Notes under the pieces: model-generated | Database searches by the model: none | What the model saw: only the letters and a program-made list of their open reading frames with translations | Told to the model about the DNA's origin: nothing | IMG/VR virus record: IMGVR_UViG_3300045988_092303 | Length of the DNA stretch: 64,000 nucleotides | Strand: one strand, 5' to 3' | Origin: a virus | Translations under genes and position numbers: made by a program | Shown here: positions 1-7,265 of the stretch, one piece after another | Layout: every line of letters begins with the position of its first letter | Numbering within the stretch: position 1 is the stretch's first letter

Positions 1-51
1 AAGTAACACCACCGGGGCGGGCAACCGCCCCACATGAAAGGAGAAGGAAAC

Positions 52-231
52 ATGAGAAAAAATATAAACCAGATCACAGCTGACAAGCTGGATAAAATGG
101 AGCTATCAGAAAGGGCTAGAAATATCATAGCACAGACGGATATAAACGTCATGGAAGAGTGTTTCGGAGGACTGGAGACAGCCGAAGAAGTAGAAACATA
201 TATCCGGGAAGAATACCCGGAAGAGGAATAA
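52..231 (+). CDS. small acidic hypothetical protein
   Basis: ORF track 34..231; GGAGAAGG Shine-Dalgarno favours ATG at 52; no recognisable motif. Confidence 0.4.
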   Translation: MRKNINQITADKLDKMELSERARNIIAQTDINVMEECFGGLETAEEVETYIREEYPEEE

Positions 232-255
232 AAAGCAAAGAGAAGGAGAAGGAAA

Positions 256-567
256 ATGGCAAACTGGAAATTGAACTTTGAAAAATTAGAAAATGCATTT
301 AAAGAAGCGAGAAAAAACGGTTATGAGCCGGTTTATAGGATATGCGAGGGAATAACACAGTATTCTGTTAGTGTAGATTCAGAAGCAACCGGGAAAAGCG
401 TATACAGCCAGAATACAGGCGACTGGTCGGAAATCGTGGACTTCTGCGCTACGCATTGCAACCCGGGTTATGATCTGATTTCTGGACTCGGATGCACTGA
501 TGACGAACTGACAGAAGCAACTATGAATTATATTCATAGTCTTGGCAAAAAATGTAAATACGAATAA
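256..567 (+). CDS. hypothetical protein
   Basis: 103-aa ORF with AGGAGAAGG RBS; followed by a terminator. Confidence 0.45.
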   Translation: MANWKLNFEKLENAFKEARKNGYEPVYRICEGITQYSVSVDSEATGKSVYSQNTGDWSEIVDFCATHCNPGYDLISGLGCTDDELTEATMNYIHSLGKKCKYE

Positions 568-573
568 TAAAAA

Positions 574-598
574 AGCAGCGGTTTCTAGCTGCTTTTTT
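574..598. terminator. intrinsic terminator, possibly bidirectional
   Basis: AGCAGC-loop-GCTGCT hairpin with A-run upstream and T-run downstream. Confidence 0.6.
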
Positions 599-835
599 AG
601 TGAAATAATGAATTTTCAACTCAACGTTTCCAGCAGGGCAGAAACGACACACAGCAACCCCATGCGCTGCTGATAGGCTCCTGCATGATCTGGCAACCAT
701 GCAGGAAAGAAAGTACCCAAATTATAAATAATTCGGAATAACTTCACCGATTAAAAAATATCACATTTTTTGATTTTTGTCAACTTCTTAAGCCGTCCAG
801 AAATGGGCGGTTTTTCTATGCCAGGATGATAATAG

Positions 836-980
836 TTATATATAAGAATATTATATAAACATGCTATATAACAATTTATATGAATATTTATATAAAAATT
901 TATATATACATTTATATAAAAAAGATATATAATAATTTATATAAGTTGCTTATATAAGAAATCTATATAAATATTTATAT
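836..980. repeat. array of about 12 direct TATATAA-core repeats (12-13 bp period)
   Basis: Reading the sequence: gttatatataaga/atattatataaac/atgctatataaca/atttatatgaat/atttatataaaa and so on, ending at the RBS of the 999 ORF. Confidence 0.8.
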
Positions 981-998
981 GCTATGGAGGGCGAAAAG

Positions 999-1244
999 AT
1001 GGCAAATACAGCAGATTACACAAGAAGAGCTATTGACAAATACCGGGCGAAATTCGACATTATACAGATCAAGGCACCGAAGGGAACAAAGGAACGTATA
1101 ACAACGTTGAGCGGTCAGAGCATGGCGGCTTTCTGTTTGCAATGCGTTCTTGATCGTCTGGACGAGCTGGAAAGATCAGAAACGGCACCGGAACATGAAC
1201 AACCAGCAAATACACCAACGAATAGCAAAGCAGACCAGCGGTAA
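999..1244 (+). CDS. putative ribbon-helix-helix type DNA-binding protein
   Basis: GGAGGG RBS then ATG 999; short basic N-terminus (ADYTRRAIDKYRAKF) followed by helices; sits between two repeat arrays. Confidence 0.45.
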   Translation: MANTADYTRRAIDKYRAKFDIIQIKAPKGTKERITTLSGQSMAAFCLQCVLDRLDELERSETAPEHEQPANTPTNSKADQR

Positions 1245-1299
1245 AAATTCCGGTTTAGGTCTGCTTTTTGTGTGCAAAAAACCGGCAGTCCTCGCGCGA

Positions 1300-1416
1300 A
1301 TAATATAAACCTTTTATACAGTCTATAAGTATATATAATATATAATACGTCTATAGATCTATGGGTCTTCTGAGGTAAAAGTAGTATATATATTTATATA
1401 TAGGGCAGTATATAAG
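1300..1416. repeat. second, more degenerate TATATAA/TATAA repeat array
   Basis: aatataaacc, ttttataca, ctataagtatatataatatataatacg, tctatagatc, tagtatatatatttatatatagggcagtatataag. Confidence 0.6.
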
Positions 1417-1439
1417 ACCGGAAGATAAATAAAATAGTA

Positions 1440-1468
1440 TTGACAAATTGAAAGATTATGGATATTAT
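1440..1468 (+). promoter_or_regulatory. sigma-70/sigma-A type promoter
   Basis: TTGACA (1440-1445), 17-nt spacer, TATTAT (1463-1468). Confidence 0.6.
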
Positions 1469-1474
1469 TATAAC

Positions 1475-1634
1475 TAAATTAAGCCGAGGCGCGCAGGTTC
1501 TCCCGGAGTCCGTAGAGGGATAAAAGAGCCGATCAACGCGAGAGGAAGCAAGAGCAAGGACGGACAGAAACACAAGCAAAGTGAAGCACGCTCGTAGATC
1601 AGACTTTAACAGGTCTTTTCTACGGGCGTTTTTT
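1475..1634 (+). ncRNA. conserved 5' leader RNA, copy A, ending in an intrinsic terminator
   Basis: No ORF. Terminator stem CGCTCGTAGA (1589-1598) / TCTACGGGCG (1619-1628) plus T-run. Shares ordered sequence blocks with 30594-30744. Confidence 0.55.
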
Positions 1635-1667
1635 ATTTCCCGGAAATCACAGAAGGAGGTGCAGAGC

Positions 1668-2336
1668 ATGGAAAAAGTAGAGGATTGCAAAGCGGATCCG
1701 GAAATATTTGAAAATGACATTGACATGTATTTGCAGATCTTCTGCGAAAACCAGAAGCCGCCCATCGAGGATCTGACGAAAGCAAGTCAAAGTGTTTGGA
1801 ATGCAGCGCTAATGTATGTACATAGACATGTATTTAAGAATCGGGAATATTTTAGAAGCACTGAAAATATACAGGCCAATAATAAAGCCCCCATCAGTAA
1901 TTATTATATATATAACTATAATCTAGTAAATGATGTATGTGATTATTATATATATCTATGTATGCAATATGAGAAAGAAATAAGTATATTAGGATTTAGT
2001 AATTTAACAGGTATTCCAGATAGCACAGTTTACGACTGGGGATATAATCCACAGAGACAACTAAGCCGTGTAGGCTCGGATATTTGCAAAAAGTTGCAAA
2101 AATACAACGAGGAAAGTCTGGAAAATAAACTTGCATCAGGCAAGGCGAACCCAGTGGGAGTTATCGCAATTCTCAACCGTCGTCACGGCTGGGCGAGTCC
2201 ATACACGGCAGATAGCAACCGCCAGAGGGCGCAGGCATTAACAGCAGATCAGTTGCCGCAATTGGGACAGAACAACAAAGGACTACCAGACAAAACGCAA
2301 GATATTGTGGATAGCGGAGACGAAGCCACGATATAA
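1668..2336 (+). CDS. putative terminase small subunit / packaging DNA-recognition protein
   Basis: AGGAGG RBS and ATG 1668. HTH-like segment (ILGFSNLTGIPDSTVYDW) and C-terminal ANPVGVIAILNRRHGW resemble TerS families. Gene contains TTATATATA motifs. Confidence 0.45.
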   Translation: MEKVEDCKADPEIFENDIDMYLQIFCENQKPPIEDLTKASQSVWNAALMYVHRHVFKNREYFRSTENIQANNKAPISNYYIYNYNLVNDVCDYYIYLCMQYEKEISILGFSNLTGIPDSTVYDWGYNPQRQLSRVGSDICKKLQKYNEESLENKLASGKANPVGVIAILNRRHGWASPYTADSNRQRAQALTADQLPQLGQNNKGLPDKTQDIVDSGDEATI

Positions 2337-2539
2337 ACGTAAAGAAAAGGCACGATATTTTTTTACATTGTCAAAACATGTGAGAAATTGTGGAAAATGA
2401 CGAACAGAACCGGGAAAGCCGGAGAGAATAACCGGGGGAGGGGGTCTGGCAGATCAGCGAAAACCGCCCTACTAAGTCCCCCAAATTTCCCAAAAAACAA
2501 AAAGGCCTCCTGCATAAGCAAGAAGCCAATTCAGAAAAA

Positions 2540-2710
2540 CTATTTGTTTGGACTTGATACAGAATCCAGATAAGCGGTGATGGCCTTGTCAAGTATTTTT
2601 GAAATAGGCACACCAGATTCCGTAGAATAAGATTTAAGTTTTGCATTAACATCAATAGATAATGTACTTGAAAATCTGACTCTATTTTTTAATTCGCTGT
2701 CATTAGGCAT
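2540..2710 (-). CDS. ribbon-helix-helix (CopG/Arc-like) protein, 56 aa
   Basis: Below the ORF-track size cutoff. AAGGAG RBS 7 nt before the ATG. MPNDSELKNRVRFSSTLSIDVNAKLKSYSTESGVPISKILDKAITAYL fits a beta-strand plus two helices. Divergent from the recombinase gene. Confidence 0.55.
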   Translation of the reverse strand: MPNDSELKNRVRFSSTLSIDVNAKLKSYSTESGVPISKILDKAITAYLDSVSSPNK

Positions 2711-2821
2711 ATAGACACTCCTTTCCGTAAACTTATTTAATTTTATTGCAATATGTGCTTGAAGTCAACAATGACATATGGTATACTTAATTAAGGTTAA
2801 ATAAGAAAAGGGGATAAAACA

Positions 2822-3394
2822 ATGAAAGTAGGATATGTCAGAGTCAGTACAGTTGAGCAGAATGAGGCAAGACAGATAGAAGGACTGCAAAAGTACGGGA
2901 TTGATAAATGGTACATTGAGAAAGTTTCTGGCAAAAATACAAATCGGGCGAAACTACAGGAAATGATTTCGACACTCCAGTCTGGAGACACGGTTTATAT
3001 CCATGATTTTTCTAGGCTTGCCAGATCGACCAGTGATCTTCTGAAAATGGTTGAAGAATTGAATAGTCGTGGTATCCACCTCGTCAGCAACAAAGAAAAC
3101 ATTGACACATCAACACCTACTGGAAAACTGATGCTTACTATGATTGGCGCGATAAATGAATTTGAGAGAACAAACATGCTGGAGCGTCAGAAAGAGGGAA
3201 TAGCAATTGCCAAGCGTGAGAACAAATACAAAAACTGCGGCAGGAAGAAAAAAGAGCTTGATGGTGAGTATGAATCCTTGATTCAGAGTTATGTGGACGG
3301 AGAAATTAGCAAAGTGCAGTTGGCGGTAATGATGAATGTATCAAGGCCAACATTGAACAGGATTTTGAAAGATTATGGGGGAAAAGAAGAATGA
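2822..3394 (+). CDS. small serine recombinase (resolvase/invertase family)
   Basis: MKVGYVRVSTVEQN catalytic Ser motif, central resolvase core, C-terminal HTH (SRPTLNRILKDYG). Confidence 0.9.
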   Translation: MKVGYVRVSTVEQNEARQIEGLQKYGIDKWYIEKVSGKNTNRAKLQEMISTLQSGDTVYIHDFSRLARSTSDLLKMVEELNSRGIHLVSNKENIDTSTPTGKLMLTMIGAINEFERTNMLERQKEGIAIAKRENKYKNCGRKKKELDGEYESLIQSYVDGEISKVQLAVMMNVSRPTLNRILKDYGGKEE

Positions 3395-3846
3395 TGGATT
3401 TGTCAAATAAGTGTTTTATCACAGAAAATTCAAATGAAAGTGAAAAACTCCTTCGTCTTGCGGTTTCGCTTGGATATTCATTACCGAAAGGCTTAAAGGT
3501 TCTTGCTTCTGGCAGAATCTTTAAGTTTACAGGATATCCGTACAAAGCGGTTACTTGTCCTGAAATGGCACCAGATAGTGCACTTTACTATTCTGAAGCT
3601 TTTGGGGATGAGGATATGGAACTGAAAGACATAATTTCAAGAGCAACACGTTTTTGCAGAGCACATGGATACAACACATTAAGATTGTATGCAGATGAAA
3701 CAGATGAAAATTATACCGGAAGTGCTTATGCAAGAACGGCTGACGGAGGTTCTCTGAAATCTGATTGCATTATACCGAAACCAAGAAGAGTAACGCTGGA
3801 AGAAATTGAAAAACGTTTTGGATGTCCAATTGAAATTGTATCGTAA
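3391..3846 (+). CDS. hypothetical protein
   Basis: 151-aa ORF overlapping the recombinase stop by 4 nt; no motif recognised. Confidence 0.5.
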   Translation: MMDLSNKCFITENSNESEKLLRLAVSLGYSLPKGLKVLASGRIFKFTGYPYKAVTCPEMAPDSALYYSEAFGDEDMELKDIISRATRFCRAHGYNTLRLYADETDENYTGSAYARTADGGSLKSDCIIPKPRRVTLEEIEKRFGCPIEIVS

Positions 3847-3862
3847 TAGGAGGCATAGACAA

Positions 3863-4243
3863 ATGACCGGAAGTGAATATCAGAGATTAGCAATGAGGAC
3901 AAATGACAGGAAATCAAATGACAGGCTGTTTGAAGCGTCTGCATCAATACATCAGGAATGTAAAGACTTTGGCGGAATCTTAAACGTCTGCCTTGGATTG
4001 TCTGGTGAAGTTGGAGAGTTCAACGACATGATTAAAAAGTGGGTGTTCCACGAAAAAGAACTGGACGTTGAACACGCAAAGAAAGAAGCTGGAGATATTT
4101 GCTGGTACTTGGCAATGCTGTGTGAGTCTTTTGGCTGGAGCTTGGATGAAATCATGCAAATGAACGTAGATAAGCTGAAAGCACGTTATCCGGAAGGCTT
4201 TGACACGTACATTGCTAATCACCGGAAAGATGGGGATGTATAG
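3863..4243 (+). CDS. mazG: MazG-like nucleotide pyrophosphohydrolase
   Basis: TAGGAGG RBS then ATG 3863. EYQRLAMRT...LSGEVGEFNDMIKK...EAGDICWYLAMLC...NVDKLKARYPEGF matches the MazG four-helix fold. Confidence 0.8.
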   Translation: MTGSEYQRLAMRTNDRKSNDRLFEASASIHQECKDFGGILNVCLGLSGEVGEFNDMIKKWVFHEKELDVEHAKKEAGDICWYLAMLCESFGWSLDEIMQMNVDKLKARYPEGFDTYIANHRKDGDV

Positions 4244-4404
4244 TGAAGATCGGGAACAAAGAAATCAACGATGAATGCCAGAACTGCTCGGAAGTCCTAC
4301 AATGCGAACTGTTCCGGCAGGGTCATGGAATTGGCAGACAGCGTGAGAACGTAGCAGAAATGATTATCTGCCAGTTAGAGCATCAGGGAAGATGCAAGAA
4401 GTAA

Positions 4405-4476
4405 TGGGCTATCGCCAAGCGGTTAAGGCACAGGACTTTGACTCCTGTATCCCCGGTTCGAGTCCGGGTAGCCTAG
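4405..4476 (+). tRNA. tRNA-Gln (anticodon TTG)
   Basis: Manual cloverleaf: acceptor TGGGCTA/TAGCCTA, anticodon stem CAGGA/TCCTG, loop CTTTGAC, T arm CCCGG-TTCGAGT-CCGGG. Confidence 0.85.
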
Positions 4477-4746
4477 TTGGGGACTTTGGGGTGTCCCCAG
4501 AATGGATTCTTTCCATTGTTTGGCTTCTCCTTTCCCCACTAGCGGAAAGCTGATTAAAGAGCCGTCGCAAGGCTCGGTGGGGTTTTAGGTTTTGCTGTGG
4601 TAGTTTCCTTGGTGTGAAGGAGTTCGCCAAAAAGAATCACAGCAGGCGGTTTAGTAGATGCGCGGCGCGTTGAAAGATTGTCTTAGTTGGCAGCTACGTA
4701 AAAAGCTGTAAAATGCATATGTCAGTTGCGCAGGCATATGCAATCT

Positions 4747-4818
4747 TGGAACATAGCTCAGTGGTAGAGCTTCCGGCTTATATCCGGAGAGTCCCGGGTT
4801 CGATTCCTGGTGTTCCAA
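4747..4818 (+). tRNA. tRNA-Ile (anticodon TAT)
   Basis: Acceptor TGGAACA/TGTTCCA, D arm GCTC-AGTGGTA-GAGC, anticodon stem TCCGG/CCGGA with loop CTTATAT, T arm CCGGG-TTCGATT-CCTGG. Confidence 0.8.
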
Positions 4819-4822
4819 TTCT

Positions 4823-4912
4823 GGGGAAGCGGCAACGATTGGCGGTGTTGCAGCTGACTGTAAATCAGTTCCCATGTGGTAAACAATGGAGGTTCAATTC
4901 CTCTCTTCCCCA
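4823..4912 (+). tRNA. tRNA-Tyr (anticodon GTA), long variable arm
   Basis: Acceptor GGGGAAG/CTTCCCC, anticodon stem GCTGA/TCAGT, loop CTGTAAA, long extra arm, T loop TTCAATT. Confidence 0.8.
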
Positions 4913-5087
4913 CTTTGCAGAAATAAAATAGAGCGTGAGATACGGTAGCGGCTCAAGGTATTGCGTAAATATACAAGTCAGGTAAACAGCTGGGTGATAC
5001 CCTACCGATAAACAGCAGAAAATCATAACGCGTGTCCCTGCTTGCAGGTGCTGACTAACTGCTGCATAGTATCATTTCTGCAATCAA

Positions 5088-5171
5088 GCAGTGTTCCCAT
5101 AATGGTATTGGAGCCGGTTGCTAACCGGCCGGCGTTTATTCGCCCTGCAGGTTCGAATCCTGCACACTGCG
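5088..5171 (+). tRNA. tRNA-Ser (anticodon GCT), long variable arm
   Basis: Acceptor GCAGTGT/ACACTGC, anticodon stem GCCGG/CCGGC, loop TTGCTAA, extra arm GGCG-TTTATT-CGCC, T arm GCAGG-TTCGAAT-CCTGC. Confidence 0.8.
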
Positions 5172-5269
5172 TTTCGGTCAGATATGACTGAAACAGTCTG
5201 GGAGAGCCGACAGGACTTAAAATTGGAGAGCTTGCGTAAGTCACGCTAAAGATCATTGTTGCAACGATG

Positions 5270-5342
5270 CCTACGATAGCATAACTGGAAATGCCACGGA
5301 TAAGCATCCGGAGATAGTGGGGTTCGATACCCCACCGTAGGA
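5270..5342 (+). tRNA. aberrant tRNA-like gene (non-canonical anticodon arm; possible pseudo-tRNA)
   Basis: Good acceptor (CCTACG/CGTAGG), D arm (GCAT-AACTGGAA-ATGC) and T arm (TGGGG-TTCGATA-CCCCA). The 17-nt anticodon region ACGGATAAGCATCCGGA only folds as a 4-bp stem with a 6-nt loop, or 5 bp with a tetraloop. Confidence 0.4.
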
Positions 5343-5557
5343 CGAGGTCATAAGGTTACAAGGTGCGCCGATGACCTAATAAACCCAAGCGAACCTGAGT
5401 TTTGGCAACGATTTTGACTTAAAAATCGAACGCGCAGAGGAATGTAGTAGAGGCGGAGAACTGCGAGAACAACGTACATCCGAGGTAAGGCACAAAGAGT
5501 TGGGATGTGCCAAAGCTCTCTGAGTGAGTAATCGGTGGTTTATGAGAGCATAAAAAT

Positions 5558-5641
5558 GCCAACGTGCCCGAGCGGTAAAGGGAGCGGTCTTGAAAATCGT
5601 CTGTCAGAAATGGCTTGTGGGTTCAAATCCTACCGTTGGCG
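5558..5641 (+). tRNA. tRNA-Ser (anticodon TGA), long variable arm
   Basis: Acceptor GCCAACG/CGTTGGC, anticodon stem GCGGT/ATCGT, loop CTTGAAA, long extra arm, T loop TTCAAAT. Confidence 0.8.
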
Positions 5642-5694
5642 TTCCCATTGGGTATCACGAAATCCTACCAAAATTTCAAAATGGAGGTGCAACC

Positions 5695-6147
5695 ATGATA
5701 AGTGAATTTGTTGAATATGTTAAACAGGCATGGAAGAATAAGCCAAATGTCAGCAGTCCATTGAATGCAGACCGTCTGAATCATATGGAAGATGGAATTT
5801 GGAACAATTATGGAAAGATAAAAGAAATCATTGCAGAACTCGTTTCTTTGAATGTTGATATTGAATCTATTATAAATCCAAACGGTGCAGAAAACGGTAC
5901 AGAACGTTGGTGCAGATATGTGGTTTTAGGAGATTTGGTACTTGCTTTTTGCCACCTTGAATTACTTTCGCAGGCAGCAGCATACACAACTGGTGTAGGC
6001 GTTCCGGCTCCCAAGAATGGATCACTTAATGTTAAGGATGAAACGGCAACATACTCTTTTCAAATAAATCAAAACGGCGTTTTTCAAAATTCTGTCGTGC
6101 TTCCCGCTGGAAAATACAATGTGTTTGCTGCTTATTTAAAAGCTTAA
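5695..6147 (+). CDS. tail-fibre-N-domain-like protein, paralog 1
   Basis: GGAGGTG RBS then ATG 5695 (track start 5590 lies inside the tRNA). N-terminus FVEYVKQAWKNKPNVSSPLNADRLNHMEDGI is a motif typical of Gram-positive phage fibre proteins. Confidence 0.55.
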   Translation: MISEFVEYVKQAWKNKPNVSSPLNADRLNHMEDGIWNNYGKIKEIIAELVSLNVDIESIINPNGAENGTERWCRYVVLGDLVLAFCHLELLSQAAAYTTGVGVPAPKNGSLNVKDETATYSFQINQNGVFQNSVVLPAGKYNVFAAYLKA

Positions 6148-6163
6148 AAATGGAGATGCAAAA

Positions 6164-6622
6164 ATGTTAGAAAATTTTGTGAAATATATTAAACAAGAAT
6201 GGAAAAATAAACCAGATACATCTACCCCTCTGTCAGCTGATAGGCTGAATCATATTGAGGGGGGGGTAAAAACTAATTCGGATGCAATTAACGAAATTAT
6301 TACTGGCGTTGCGAATTACAGTTCTGATGAAACGGAATGCGGTACATGGAAAGGAAAACCGCTGTACAGAAGAATCTTAGAACTTACTGACGCAACAGAC
6401 AGGAAAAATTACGATTTTAAAAAAATTATTGGGTCTGTAACAGTTGTGAAAACAGTTGGTCATACGGCTCAACCGAATGGAAACTTTGTTCCGCTCCCAT
6501 ATTATTTGAATGATAGAGACTATGCCGCATATTATATCAGTTCGAGCCTACTTTTTACTTATCGCTGCGGAGGATCGTATGGTGCCGGAGATGTGGAGTT
6601 GGAAGTATACTACACGAAATAG
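6164..6622 (+). CDS. tail-fibre-N-domain-like protein, paralog 2
   Basis: N-terminal 45 aa homologous to the 5695 ORF (FVKYIKQEWKNKPDTSTPLSADRLNHIEGGV); divergent C-terminus; similar upstream RBS region. Confidence 0.55.
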   Translation: MLENFVKYIKQEWKNKPDTSTPLSADRLNHIEGGVKTNSDAINEIITGVANYSSDETECGTWKGKPLYRRILELTDATDRKNYDFKKIIGSVTVVKTVGHTAQPNGNFVPLPYYLNDRDYAAYYISSSLLFTYRCGGSYGAGDVELEVYYTK

Positions 6623-6667
6623 TAGCTTACATCTCGAAACGGACGGCATAGGTGGAAGGGAGAAAAG

Positions 6668-6904
6668 ATGTTTAAAAGACTTTTCAATTTTTGGATTCGG
6701 CGGAAAACGAAGAATCTCACCAGGATTCCGCTGTTTACCATGGTATTTGATTACCGGAAGTATCAGCGAGATGGCAAGCCGGGGAGTTGCACATTTTACG
6801 CGCACCCGGACATTGCACAGGATGAATTTGTGAAAGAGAAACTTGGCGAAGTTGTTGACCATATCCGGGACAATTACGATCTGGATATTTTTACGAGGAT
6901 TTAA
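6668..6904 (+). CDS. hypothetical protein
   Basis: 78-aa ORF with GGGAGAAAAG RBS. Confidence 0.4.
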   Translation: MFKRLFNFWIRRKTKNLTRIPLFTMVFDYRKYQRDGKPGSCTFYAHPDIAQDEFVKEKLGEVVDHIRDNYDLDIFTRI

Positions 6905-6905
6905 G

Positions 6906-7172
6906 ATGAGCATGGCAGAAGTAATTGAGAGCATAGAAAAAGACATGTGGCGAGATTTGGAGAGTCGGAGCGTACCGGAAGAACAGATGGAAGTGATTGA
7001 TTGTACGACTTTAGGAGAAGAGCCAAATTCACAACATATTTGTGGAAGAATATCTGGGAATTATTCTTCAAAAGTGCCGTGGATAAGTGAAAATTCAATG
7101 CCGGAAGAACTTAGAAGATGTGTCGAAGAGGCATTGAAAAAAGGCATTGCTCAACATGCAGGCATTACATAG
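6906..7172 (+). CDS. hypothetical protein
   Basis: GAGGA RBS 6 nt before ATG 6906; acidic 88-aa product. Confidence 0.4.
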   Translation: MSMAEVIESIEKDMWRDLESRSVPEEQMEVIDCTTLGEEPNSQHICGRISGNYSSKVPWISENSMPEELRRCVEEALKKGIAQHAGIT

Positions 7173-7265
7173 AGCGTGACGGAGAATGTTGCAATGCGGA
7201 TTCTGACTACTGCGGTGGCTTCAGATGTTTAAATGATTCATGTGAACATTGGGAGGGATGGAAAA

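Noticed and set aside
836-980. Possible CRISPR array
   Set aside because: The repeat period is only 12-13 bp with no unique spacers, the sequence is extremely AT-rich, and no cas genes are present. It behaves like an iteron or operator array.
4477-5557. Calling the tRNA spacers ROOL or GOLLD RNA
   Set aside because: No single spacer is long enough (maximum about 270 nt), and I cannot recognise their signature motifs by eye. I have kept this only as something to test with covariance models.
5590-5694. N-terminal extension of the 5590..6147 ORF
   Set aside because: It overlaps tRNA-Ser(TGA). The RBS GGAGGTG precedes ATG 5695, and the paralog at 6164 aligns from that Met.
2822-6622. Gin/Hin-type invertible tail-fibre switch (serine recombinase near two fibre-like genes)
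   Set aside because: The two fibre-like genes are in the same orientation and 2.3 kb from the recombinase. I could find no inverted gix/hix-like repeats flanking them. The RHH-plus-resolvase arrangement fits a resolution module better.
6510-6946. ORFs 6510..6833 (+) and 6548..6946 (-)
   Set aside because: They overlap the ends of 6164..6622 and 6668..6904, lack an RBS, and have odd composition. They are probably spurious.
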